Assembly (NCBI GenBank): GCA_964418945.1
Contig: CAYQNR010000005.1
Location: 5,771 to 69,770 of the forward strand
DNA from: an uncultured Desulfobacteraceae bacterium
GTDB taxonomy: Bacteria; Desulfobacterota; DSM-4660; Desulfatiglandales; HGW-15
Direction of reading: 5' to 3'
Length of the DNA: 64,000 nt
Shown here: positions 8,780 through 18,061 of the stretch, piece after piece
How positions within the stretch are numbered: the first letter of the stretch is position 1
Layout of the letters: each line of letters begins with the position of its first letter
Notes under the pieces: generated by a model
The model's input: only the letters and a program-made list of their open reading frames with translations
The model's database searches: none
Told to the model about the DNA's origin: nothing
Program-made: the position numbers and the translations under genes

Positions 8780-10816
8780 TTATTTTCGAGGCCCATAAAT
8801 GGGTAAAGGCATACCGGCTTCCAGCGCACCCAAATCCGGGGCTTTGCCGGCAAAATTATCATTTACATTGGGAATAACACATCCCGCATCAATTGTAGAT
8901 GCATCGTCAACTAGCTGAAAATCAGACGGTTTTACCTCATAATAAACCTGGGTGGGAGATTTGTAATCCGGTGCTTTTACATTTTGGAAAATATTAAAAT
9001 CAATCAACATACTGTGCGTGTCCCGCTTTGTAGCTTTTTGAAATTGTACCAGGTCAGTAAATTTGCGGTTTTTCTGTGGATTTGCATAGTCTTTCATTAC
9101 TTCAAATGGCGGTGAATTCCATGCAAATGAATAGGATGCTCCCGGATTTGGGCAAAAGCCATTATAATCGGAAGATGTATAATTGGTGAACGTATCGACT
9201 GAAAAAATAGGCTCTTCCGGCAGCCAATCCAAAATCAGATTGTTCCGGAAATGGTAGTTGGAACCCAGACCGGCCCTCACCTTTGAAATAGAGGTGTTAT
9301 GATAGTAATGAGATCCGGACGGATTTGATTGATGTTTTACAAAGCCGGATGAGCTGCTATGGTAGATGATATTGCGTATAAAATAAACCGGACCGCCGTA
9401 CAGGGTTTGAGAACTCAGGGCAGATGACGCTCCATCTATGCAAAAGTTCCGCAAAATCCGTCCGTTATACATGATACCGTCCGCTTCAATAGCATTGTCA
9501 TGAACATTTCTTATAATATTATTATAGATATCAATGGAAACGAACATTTGATCCTGTTTCAACACTTCTTCCACCGGATAGATATCCGGATGGCCATAAG
9601 CCGGATATCCTTCCGGCACACCATATGTGGCATGGCATATGCCGTTGTGAAAATTAGCCACGTAGTTATGACAGATAACATGCCCTGCCCCCGCGACCTT
9701 GACGGCATATTCCGATAGGCACTCTTCAAAGGGATAGGATGATTTACGCGGTGGTTTTAACCAGCCATGAATTCCATTGGGATCGTGCCGACCGATAAAA
9801 ACATTATCCGCGATGTAAAAATATTTTGAGCCTGACCACTCCGTGTGAATTCCTTTATCAATATTTTCAAACCGACAGTTTTTAACTGTCAATCCACTGG
9901 AACCGGTAATTCTTTTCTGCCCGGCCCAAAATCCAACGTCGGTATTCCGGATGGTCAATCCTTCAAAATAATTGTAATTGGCGGCCATGACATTAAAGAG
10001 ATTAAAGTTGCCGTTGCCATCGAAGATAACCTCTCCATCCCCTGCGCTTTTTATGACAATGGGTTTGTCGGGAGTACCGCTCTGAGTTAAAAAATAGGTT
10101 CCTGAAAATTTCGTTCCCTGGCCCTCTTTAAAATAAGTAGCACCATAGACAGTCCAGTTTGCTTTATAGAGACCGGCGTGTACTAAGATCGTATCACCGG
10201 GTTGTACGCGGGGCGGATGCAGATTCCACCAGTCTGCCGTGCAGCCGTAACCTAAATAATAGGCCCCCATAAGGTTATCAAAATGGGGCTCTTCCTTAGG
10301 CCCCTTATAGGTATAAGGGTATACATGATAGACTTTTCCGCCACCCGAAGGTTTGGGTTCGGGGCGAGTTCGGACGGTGACCGTTTTTTCGACCTCCCCA
10401 TGAACACCATCCGGGTCAGACATAACAAACCTACACTCATAGGCTGTATCGGGTTGAAGATCCATTATGCTACCGGCAAACAAATTGGGTGTTATATAAT
10501 CGATAGTATTACCATAAAAACTGTTGATACATTCCTCATTCTGTATGCGTAATAAGGGCAGCGCCTTTTCCCAGGTCTGATTTCCCTTTTTCCGGTAAGT
10601 GACTTCAACAGCGGCGTTATGATTTGCATCACCTTCGATATACCACTCAAAACCCAGACAGATCAGTGTTGAAGGTTCAATCACAAATTCCCCTGAGTGG
10701 ACTGCTAATTTTCGATCCATGGATCTGTCACTAGGGGATACCGTTATGCAAAAAGATAATAACGAAAATGATATAAGGAACATTAAGAAAATGATGTTAA
10801 AGATGGTTTTATTCAT
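8780..10816 (-). CDS. Secreted right-handed parallel beta-helix repeat protein with an N-terminal Fn3-like module
   Basis: ATG at 10816 follows AAAGGAG, and the N-terminus is hydrophobic. Repeated NxxFxG/IxN turns are present (TIRNTDVGF, VKNCRFENIDKGIH, IADNVFIG, IYNNIIRNVHDNAIE). Confidence 0.7.
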   Translation of the reverse strand: MNKTIFNIIFLMFLISFSLLSFCITVSPSDRSMDRKLAVHSGEFVIEPSTLICLGFEWYIEGDANHNAAVEVTYRKKGNQTWEKALPLLRIQNEECINSFYGNTIDYITPNLFAGSIMDLQPDTAYECRFVMSDPDGVHGEVEKTVTVRTRPEPKPSGGGKVYHVYPYTYKGPKEEPHFDNLMGAYYLGYGCTADWWNLHPPRVQPGDTILVHAGLYKANWTVYGATYFKEGQGTKFSGTYFLTQSGTPDKPIVIKSAGDGEVIFDGNGNFNLFNVMAANYNYFEGLTIRNTDVGFWAGQKRITGSSGLTVKNCRFENIDKGIHTEWSGSKYFYIADNVFIGRHDPNGIHGWLKPPRKSSYPFEECLSEYAVKVAGAGHVICHNYVANFHNGICHATYGVPEGYPAYGHPDIYPVEEVLKQDQMFVSIDIYNNIIRNVHDNAIEADGIMYNGRILRNFCIDGASSALSSQTLYGGPVYFIRNIIYHSSSSGFVKHQSNPSGSHYYHNTSISKVRAGLGSNYHFRNNLILDWLPEEPIFSVDTFTNYTSSDYNGFCPNPGASYSFAWNSPPFEVMKDYANPQKNRKFTDLVQFQKATKRDTHSMLIDFNIFQNVKAPDYKSPTQVYYEVKPSDFQLVDDASTIDAGCVIPNVNDNFAGKAPDLGALEAGMPLPIYGPRK

Positions 10817-10966
10817 CGTACAATCTCCTTTCAATTAAACGTTATATTTATATCGCCCTATTAGTTCCATTCGTTATATGGTATACAAAAAAAGGGGTCA
10901 TTCTTGGCAGAATCATGAAATATTTGTTAAAAGTGAAAACCGGATAATTCATAAAACAATTCACCT

Positions 10967-12019
10967 TCAATGCCTTGGTAAGTAGCCAATCCTGTCACCC
11001 GAAAAGGTCCCCACCCATATCTCATCATCAACCGGAACAGCCGAGCTGGCATTCTGCATTGCTGCTGTTTGACCGACTCCGGTTACCCGTTTTATTTCCA
11101 GGGTTTCAGGGTGGATACTCATTACGGACCATCCCGTTCCCCTCGCATTGTTATTGCCCGCAGTATAAAGCAATCCGTCATCACCCCAGTGGATGTTATC
11201 AGGGGTTATCGATATGGGAACCTTCTCCATTGCAACAGGACTTTTTGTTCGGTCAAAACGGGCTATCTCCCTTGATCCGAATGCAGCCACATAAACCCAC
11301 TTATCATCCTGGGACACGTCGATCCCGTTTGCCCCTGAAAGCTCAGTACCCTCTATTGCTTTAACACTGCCGCCGGGATGCCATTCATGAACACCGCCGG
11401 TGAGTTTACCCTGAACGATCGACATCATGGAATTTGGCACAGTCGGATCGTGAAACTTGGTTGTTACAAATCCGCCGTCTGAAAGAATTGCGACACTGTT
11501 CGCCATAATATCTTCGGGCAATGGAACACAACCCGTCCAGCTTATTGCAAGTTTAGCGCCCCCGGTATTAATATTAAATACTTCTATGGCTTCCCTTTCG
11601 CCATGGCTTGTCATATACAGGCGGTATTGTCCCGGTGACAGTTCTTTAAGGGCCAGACCATGGGATGAAAAATTTTCAGGATTTATCGGTCGCGGGCAGT
11701 CACTGAACATTTTTTTATCGTGATCAAAGGTCGGGTTTTCCCCAGGAAAGAATTCTTCAAATGTCTTTTCTTTGCGATTGACCAGATAGATATGGCCGTT
11801 AATATCCGAGTTTGAAACTTGGCCGTTCATGCCGGAAGTAACCAGCCATTGAGTATCACCAATGGGCAGAATATCCTCTGTGTTTTGCGGTCCTTTAATA
11901 ATCTTCAGGTCGCCGGAGTTCTGGCTATCATCGGCAATTGCAGCGTTTCCGCTAACCATCAGGATATAACTGATTAATATCACCAGTTTTGGCATCATGT
12001 TTAATTTTCGTTTTTTCAT
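10967..12019 (-). CDS. Secreted six-bladed beta-propeller (SGL/paraoxonase/strictosidine-synthase-like) protein
   Basis: A signal peptide with ...GNAAIA|DD is present. The pattern of repeated short beta-strand blades is visible. This is a fold-level call only. Confidence 0.5.
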   Translation of the reverse strand: MKKRKLNMMPKLVILISYILMVSGNAAIADDSQNSGDLKIIKGPQNTEDILPIGDTQWLVTSGMNGQVSNSDINGHIYLVNRKEKTFEEFFPGENPTFDHDKKMFSDCPRPINPENFSSHGLALKELSPGQYRLYMTSHGEREAIEVFNINTGGAKLAISWTGCVPLPEDIMANSVAILSDGGFVTTKFHDPTVPNSMMSIVQGKLTGGVHEWHPGGSVKAIEGTELSGANGIDVSQDDKWVYVAAFGSREIARFDRTKSPVAMEKVPISITPDNIHWGDDGLLYTAGNNNARGTGWSVMSIHPETLEIKRVTGVGQTAAMQNASSAVPVDDEIWVGTFSGDRIGYLPRH

Positions 12020-12047
12020 CTGCAGTACTCCCGATTAATAATTATTT

Positions 12048-12220
12048 TTATTCAACCACAACATCAGTTTCTTTATCCCATTTCAGAGCAGGAGCCATGT
12101 CCTGACTTATGGCAGGCTCAGCATTAAGCCCGACGATAGCTGATGCACCTATGCCGACTGAAGTTGCTTTTATGAAATCTCTGCTTGACAGATCCTTTTT
12201 TTACTACCAATTCGCTTCAT
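12048..12220 (-). pseudogene. N-terminal remnant of a Tat-exported flavoprotein (frameshifted and truncated)
   Basis: MKRIGSKK runs into an A7 run. In the shifted frame it continues DLSSRDFIKATSVGIGASAIVGLNAEPAISQDMAPALKWDKETDVVVE*. That is a Tat signal plus the start of a dinucleotide-binding DVVVxG motif, and then the gene ends. Confidence 0.55.
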
Positions 12221-12295
12221 TCTTTAACTCCTTGTTTCTTTATAATATATTTTCAAGCTGTTATTTTAGAACCAGGTGAACGGTTTTTTTCTTAT

Positions 12296-12706
12296 TTATC
12301 TGGAAGTAACTTTCTGCATGATGAAAATTATTAATATGACTACTAATGCCAGAACCGCATTTGTGGTACAAATTGCATTTACGCTCCAGTTTTCCGTAAG
12401 CATAATACCACCTACAACAGGTGCAAGCAGAGAGCCGGATCTACCTATTCCAGTTGCCCAGCCAAGCCCGGTGCCTCTGATATCTGCAGGATATGAAATA
12501 GTGGCGAGCCCCATGAGGCCAGAATTACTGCCGATTACAAAAAATCCCATTATAGCGGACACAACAGCCACTACAATAAATGTGCTGGAGGCAAAATAAC
12601 CGAAAATAAAAACACTCGCAAAGGCGAGGAAAAAGCCGATTTTTAATAAGAATCCCCTTTTAAGGAATGAAGTATATGTTTGAGTTGGTTGATAAGAATT
12701 CTTTTT
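12296..12706 (-). pseudogene. C-terminal fragment of an MFS transporter (no start codon)
   Basis: The frame is open only from the TAA at 12707..12709. It encodes ...GFFLAFASVFIFGYFASSTFIVVAVVSAIMGFFVIGSNSGLMGLATISYPADIRGTGLGWATGIGRSGSLLAPVVGG..., which matches the last MFS helices. The 5' boundary lies in a ~30-bp imperfect direct repeat (12647..12678 and 12691..12724). Confidence 0.6.
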
Positions 12707-12956
12707 TTAAGGAATGAAGTATACGGAGTGCGGTATTTTGTGTCAATATGTTTACCACACTGCTTTATCACACGCCGATAATTTTATTGACACATTATTG
12801 ATACAATTAAGCCTTTTGTATACCTAAATACATTATTAGTGGTGTTGGAGGAATTAGATTGCTGAAGTCTCAAGCCTGGACCGGAGGCTTTAGTGGACCT
12901 GCGGTGGTAATATATTTTTCAAGGACCATATTACAAAACTACTTAAGGAGGTTCCC

Positions 12957-13454
12957 ATGAATCGCGAATCAAGCGTGTACTTCGGCAAACTGGACACAGA
13001 CAGAGTCGCGGCCATTGGGATGTCATGCGGCGGGTTCCAGGCATTGGAGATTTCACCTGACCCGCGTATTGACACCTCGGTTATATGCAACAGCGGCATA
13101 CTGAAAGATCCGCCTCCGGCAGGACTGCCAATGCCGGTTGTATCCAAAGATACTCTCAAGCAATTACACGCACCCATAATCTATATTATCGGCGGGCCAA
13201 AGGATATAGCCTACCCCAATGCAATGGATGATTTCGCCCTGAGTCAAGGCGTTCCGGCATTTCTCGCGAATCTGGACGTCGGTCACATGGCCACTTATGC
13301 GGAACCGAACGGAGGCAAATTCGGCGAAGTCGTGAGCGCCTGGATGAAATGGCAGCTAAAGAACGATCAAAAAGCCGGGGCGATGTTTGTCGGCCCGCAA
13401 TGCGGCCTATGTACTGATCCGAAGTGGAAGATCGAATGGAAAAATCGACGCTGA
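12957..13454 (+). pseudogene. N-terminally truncated alpha/beta hydrolase (dienelactone-hydrolase/cutinase-like); may still be expressed
   Basis: The nucleophile elbow GMSCGG is only 22 residues from the Met, whereas it normally sits more than 100 residues in. AAGGAGG precedes the ATG. The C-terminus carries DVGH and a CxxC-like CGLC. Confidence 0.5.
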
Positions 13455-13684
13455 TTTTTAAAACCTAGCGATTCCGGAAGATAAAGATAATAGCCTGCTA
13501 GGGAGGACGGGCGCTTTAGTAACTTTCACCTTCGCTAAAGCTTCGGCGCGACAAGACGGCGCAGCAACAGTCGTAATCTTTAGACAGGATTTACAGGCCC
13601 GCCCTGGCGCAGATAACTAACCGAGCGATACATATTTACAATGCCAGTTCTGGGCCAGGGATGGACATTACCTCCTTTTGTCCG

Positions 13685-16129
13685 CTACAGGTTATGCTCG
13701 CTCCTGTTTATTACATCGTCCTGGATGCTGGGAGAAAGCTGTGTGAAATAGGCACTAAAGCCGCCTATTCGAACAATGAGATCCCTGTATTTTTCAGGAT
13801 GGCTTTTGGCAGCTCTCAACTCATTGGTGTCAACCATGTTGTACTGAATATGAGAGCCGTTATTCAGCATGAAGGCATTTGTGTAGGCAACAAGCTTATC
13901 AATGCTCTCTACACTTTGCACAATGGAAGCGGAGAACTTCTGATTAAGGACCGAAGCATAGGATTCTCTAAATCCTGCCTTTAGTGCTGAGCGTATTACA
14001 GAGGTGGGACCTTTCTTGTCAGCGCCTCTCATGGGTGACAATGCCCCGTCATTAAGGGGTTCAAATGCCTTCCGCCCGTTAGGTAAGGCTCCCACACCGA
14101 GTCCGCCGAAGTAATGCCAGGCAAGACCCTCTCTCGCAACAAGATATCTTCGAAACGGAGAGTTGTCATAACTCCTGATTATATTGTATGAATCTTTACT
14201 TAGCTTCCCGGCAAGGGTATCCACTTCATCGATATCATTACCGTATTTAGGCTGAGCAAGACACATCTGCCGTATCTCTTCACCCTGTACACCTTCAAAG
14301 TTATTATCCAGGGTATTAAGCAGTTCATCCATAGTCAGCTTTTTTTCATCAAATACCAGCTTCTTTATAGCAATAAGAGAGTCGGCAACATCGATGATAG
14401 CCCGGTCGGAAATACCGAACATGGAGTAATCGGGGTGGGGGATAAGTAAATCCTGCCCGTCATCCGTACATTTCTCAATACCCATTACTGATAAAAACGG
14501 CAATCTTAAGTATTTTGACTGTTCCTTTCTGGCGATCGCAGCCAGCCAGAAGATTCGGTGAGTGATGAATTTATGCTGCTCCATCAAGGCATTGTAGATT
14601 TCATCAAAGGTTTTGAATTTTCTTGGATCACCGGTTTGAACTCCCGTAAGCTTACCGTTAACATCAATCCCGTTATGGAGTACAAGGTGCAGCATGGCGG
14701 CCATATTACAGGCGGCTACTCCCTCTGCACCGTAATGTTCCGCCCTGGAAGGGAGACACGGATATACACAGCCCAAACCGCACCACTCACTGGCTTCCTC
14801 AAAGGGGATACCGTCCTCCAGGAAATGAGAGATTACCACTTCGTCATTCTCAAAAAGAGGGATGCCGCCTTTAGTAATTATATTTGTGCGGATGGCCTTG
14901 TTCATAAGCCAGTCGGGGGTTTCCTTGTTCCAGCGGAGCCCGACAGTAGGGGATGACAACTGTAAAAGACCTACAACATGCAGAAAAAGATAACTTAATT
15001 CGTTTGAAGAATCTGTCCCGTTCCTGTCAACACCGCCGATCATTAGATTATTAATGGCGAAATTTATCTGATGGGATTCCTTCAAACTCTCGGATGAGAC
15101 AAAGGTTTGTGTACCCCATCGACCAACAAGTTCCGCCAATAACTCAGCCGCTTTTTCCAGTGTGATAGTGCCGTTATTTATATCATTGATAAAGTATTGG
15201 TATAAATATTGATCACCTCGTCCCCACTGGGGATTGTTGTGCATGGGGTTCTCATAGTTTTTGCACACGCCGATAATAGACATGGACTGCAGCGCTTCAT
15301 GGAAGGTCCTGGCCGGATTTTCGGGTACGTGTTCACAGACACGGGCGATTTCAAAAAGCTCGGCTTTACGTTCTTCACTCGTTTCAATTTCCGCGATTTG
15401 CCTTGCCAGAGCCGCGTATCTGCGGGAATGGTTTATCGCCGCCTCGCATACAATGATGGCCGATCTCCAGAAATAAAGCTTATCCATGTCTGTTTCGTGG
15501 TTTTCGATAAAGGCATCTATATGGGCCTGGGCGTCATCAATAAAACTCCTGACTCCTTTTCTCAGAATCTTTTCCCACATCAGCACCGATGTGCACTGGG
15601 CGAATATCCCCGTATCCAGGGTTGGATCCTTTAGTTTTGCCTTTTCCGTATCCTTGACCCATGCACCCACGACCGCCTCCCATGCCTTGTATGTCATTTC
15701 GGGAGCTGTATTACCGCTAAATAAACGGGCGCTGTTGCGAAGGATCTCCATACTTTCATTATCCAGCCCGACATTCGCGTCCATCGTAATATTAAGCTCG
15801 GTGGTCTCATTCCATAGATCGGGTATATAGTCTCCGGATATGTCGAAGGAAGTAGCGCATCCTATAACTTCCGGAGTCAAACGCCCTACAATTACGTCAT
15901 AGTCCTGAATACGGATTTCAATATTATCCAGGATGCTTTTTAACAATTTGGCGCGTCGAATCTGAATATCTTCTCCTTCCGTCTCATGCCATGACGATAC
16001 CGTCCATTTCTCCCTGTCAGCAAACAGCTTCCAACCGGATGACTTCATGGCTTGTTTCCATTGCTGAATACGCTCGCTGAGTTTCAACTCATCAATCCGG
16101 TCAAGCAACCTTGTATTAACATCAGTCAT
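13685..16129 (-). CDS. Glycyl-radical enzyme (PFL fold), unassigned subfamily
   Basis: The protein is 814 aa. The C-terminal fingerprint is YRDLIVRIGGFSAYFTQLSPSIQDDVINRSEH. The Cys loop is WCGLGCVYPC (Cys454 = 14768..14770). An activase gene lies immediately upstream. Confidence 0.9.
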   Translation of the reverse strand: MTDVNTRLLDRIDELKLSERIQQWKQAMKSSGWKLFADREKWTVSSWHETEGEDIQIRRAKLLKSILDNIEIRIQDYDVIVGRLTPEVIGCATSFDISGDYIPDLWNETTELNITMDANVGLDNESMEILRNSARLFSGNTAPEMTYKAWEAVVGAWVKDTEKAKLKDPTLDTGIFAQCTSVLMWEKILRKGVRSFIDDAQAHIDAFIENHETDMDKLYFWRSAIIVCEAAINHSRRYAALARQIAEIETSEERKAELFEIARVCEHVPENPARTFHEALQSMSIIGVCKNYENPMHNNPQWGRGDQYLYQYFINDINNGTITLEKAAELLAELVGRWGTQTFVSSESLKESHQINFAINNLMIGGVDRNGTDSSNELSYLFLHVVGLLQLSSPTVGLRWNKETPDWLMNKAIRTNIITKGGIPLFENDEVVISHFLEDGIPFEEASEWCGLGCVYPCLPSRAEHYGAEGVAACNMAAMLHLVLHNGIDVNGKLTGVQTGDPRKFKTFDEIYNALMEQHKFITHRIFWLAAIARKEQSKYLRLPFLSVMGIEKCTDDGQDLLIPHPDYSMFGISDRAIIDVADSLIAIKKLVFDEKKLTMDELLNTLDNNFEGVQGEEIRQMCLAQPKYGNDIDEVDTLAGKLSKDSYNIIRSYDNSPFRRYLVAREGLAWHYFGGLGVGALPNGRKAFEPLNDGALSPMRGADKKGPTSVIRSALKAGFRESYASVLNQKFSASIVQSVESIDKLVAYTNAFMLNNGSHIQYNMVDTNELRAAKSHPEKYRDLIVRIGGFSAYFTQLSPSIQDDVINRSEHNL

Positions 16130-16148
16130 TTTTTCTCCTTATTTTATA

Positions 16149-17099
16149 TTACCGCGAGATCGTGCAGTCTATCCCGCGATCAATATAGGCCTTTTTTACA
16201 GCTTCCAGATCTTCATTATCCATAATGTCAAGATCAGCCATATGATATTCAATATTGAGTGCCTTATACTTATCCTTCCCCATTCTATGAAAGGGCATGA
16301 GTTCAAGCCTTAATGCCTTTTTGCCAAGATTCATTAAAAATCTCGCAGTCGCTTCAATATTTATGAGTGAATCATTTACGCCCGGTATCAACGGCTGGCG
16401 GAAAACAATATCCGCGTCATGTTCTAATATAAAGGCGGCATTCTTCAGGATTATATCATTGTGATGTCCGGTATATTCTTTGTGAGTGTCGGAATCCATA
16501 TGTTTCAGGTCAAACAGAAACCGGTCTGTTACCGGTATTACTTCCAGAAACGCATCCGAATCCACAAAACCGCATGTTTCAACACAGGTGCCGATCTGCT
16601 CTTTTCGGCATAACTCGAACAACTCCCGTACAAAAGGCGCGTAAAGCAACGGCTCCCCGCCGGAAACAGTCACGCCACCATTGGAGGTATCATAGAATAT
16701 CTTGTCACGTTTGACAGCGTCCCAGACCTCATCAACAGTCATCGGGTCTCCGTATTTGACCAAAGCGCCATAACTGCAATTATCCCTGCACTTTCCGCAT
16801 GCTACACAGCGGGAGTAATCGATACGGTGCTTATCCTCACCAAAGCTGATCGCGTTGTTCGGGCATGTGTCAATACATTTACCGCAGCCTTTACAAAGGA
16901 TTTCAAAAAAACCCATCTGTGGCTTCCCAGAAACACATTCGGGATTGGCGCACCATTTGCATGACAGGGGGCAGCCTTTAAAGAAAACAACCGTCCTGAT
17001 ACCCGGCCCGTCATGAATAGAATAATATTGTATGTTGGTAATAACAGCACTATCCATTTCAGGTAGAGAACCAACTTCGAAAATGTTATCAAGAATCAT
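16149..17099 (-). CDS. Glycyl-radical enzyme activating protein (radical SAM)
   Basis: Motifs: CPLSCKWCANPE (16950..16973) and two ferredoxin-like motifs, CKGCGKCIDTCP and CVACGKCRDNC. The GGEPLL motif is present. Confidence 0.9.
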   Translation of the reverse strand: MILDNIFEVGSLPEMDSAVITNIQYYSIHDGPGIRTVVFFKGCPLSCKWCANPECVSGKPQMGFFEILCKGCGKCIDTCPNNAISFGEDKHRIDYSRCVACGKCRDNCSYGALVKYGDPMTVDEVWDAVKRDKIFYDTSNGGVTVSGGEPLLYAPFVRELFELCRKEQIGTCVETCGFVDSDAFLEVIPVTDRFLFDLKHMDSDTHKEYTGHHNDIILKNAAFILEHDADIVFRQPLIPGVNDSLINIEATARFLMNLGKKALRLELMPFHRMGKDKYKALNIEYHMADLDIMDNEDLEAVKKAYIDRGIDCTISR

Positions 17100-17389
17100 T
17101 TGTTGGATAATTTTTAGAATAAAGCAGATATTATTATCATGTCAACTAAATATAAGTAATAAAATTCGCTGATTACGCAGTAATTTCCAAAAGTTATAGG
17201 AGCATCAATAACTTAGGATTGGTAATTTTCTATGGTGACAAACGTGATTTTTCCTTATATATTCGTAATAAGTACTTTAGAAATAGCAGAGGTTGTTACA
17301 CATATAGTCTAAAACCAAAAAGCAAGTCTTATCATTTCAACTGAATATGGGATATTTTACTGATATTAAAAAAATGAAAGGGGATTACC

Positions 17390-17812
17390 ATGGATGCTGA
17401 GAATAATAAAAAGGTCGTAAAGGAATTTTTTGAAGTGGTTTTCAAAAAACACGATCTTAGTGCGGTGAGTCGGTATATGCATGAAGATTACATTCAGCAC
17501 AATCCGGATGTTGATCAGGGGATGAAAGGATTTATAGATTTTCATGAGGGTTATTTCGCTGCTATCCCTGATTCCTGCGCGACTATTAACAGGATGGCTG
17601 CGGAAGATGATATTGTTTTTGTATATTACACCATTACAGGCACCCATACTGGTGGAGGTTTCCTTGATTATAAGCCTACCGGCAATAAGATAAATTTTGA
17701 TGTTGTCGATATTTATCGTCTCAGGGATGGAAAGCTTTGCGAGCATTGGGATGTCGCTGATACCAGAGCGCTTTTTACTCAGGTTGGTGGGCTTAAAGGA
17801 ATCAAAAGATAA
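17390..17812 (+). CDS. SnoaL-like (NTF2-fold) ester-cyclase family protein
   Basis: NKKVVKEFFEVVFKKHDLSAVSRYMHEDYIQHNP...DGKLCEHWDV is typical of SnoaL-like polyketide-cyclase-type proteins. Confidence 0.75.
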   Translation: MDAENNKKVVKEFFEVVFKKHDLSAVSRYMHEDYIQHNPDVDQGMKGFIDFHEGYFAAIPDSCATINRMAAEDDIVFVYYTITGTHTGGGFLDYKPTGNKINFDVVDIYRLRDGKLCEHWDVADTRALFTQVGGLKGIKR

Positions 17813-17898
17813 TGAAATCATGTTAAGGATACCGGTGTATGCGTGTAACCGGAACTTAGTACTTTGATAAAACCTCGTGTAAAACTATGGAGTATGGG

Positions 17899-17950
17899 AC
17901 GTTGTTGACTGGAATGACAAACTGTGGATAGTCACGATAGTCAACAACGT
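17899..17950. repeat. Perfect 12-bp inverted repeat with a 28-nt spacer
   Basis: ACGTTGTTGACT (17899..17910) and AGTCAACAACGT (17939..17950). It sits between the SnoaL stop and the promoter at 17983. Confidence 0.6.
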
Positions 17951-17982
17951 TATAGGTATCACGTTTTACGAATAGTATAATA

Positions 17983-18011
17983 TTGACACACAACCTCAGT
18001 TTCCCTATAGT
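17983..18011 (+). promoter_or_regulatory. Near-consensus sigma-70-type promoter for the 18062 gene
   Basis: TTGACA (17983..17988), a 17-nt spacer, then TATAGT (18006..18011), about 50 nt upstream of the ATG. Confidence 0.5.
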
Positions 18012-18061
18012 TTTTCACTAAAAAAGCAAGTTCTTATCAAATCAAATTAAAGGAGATACTT

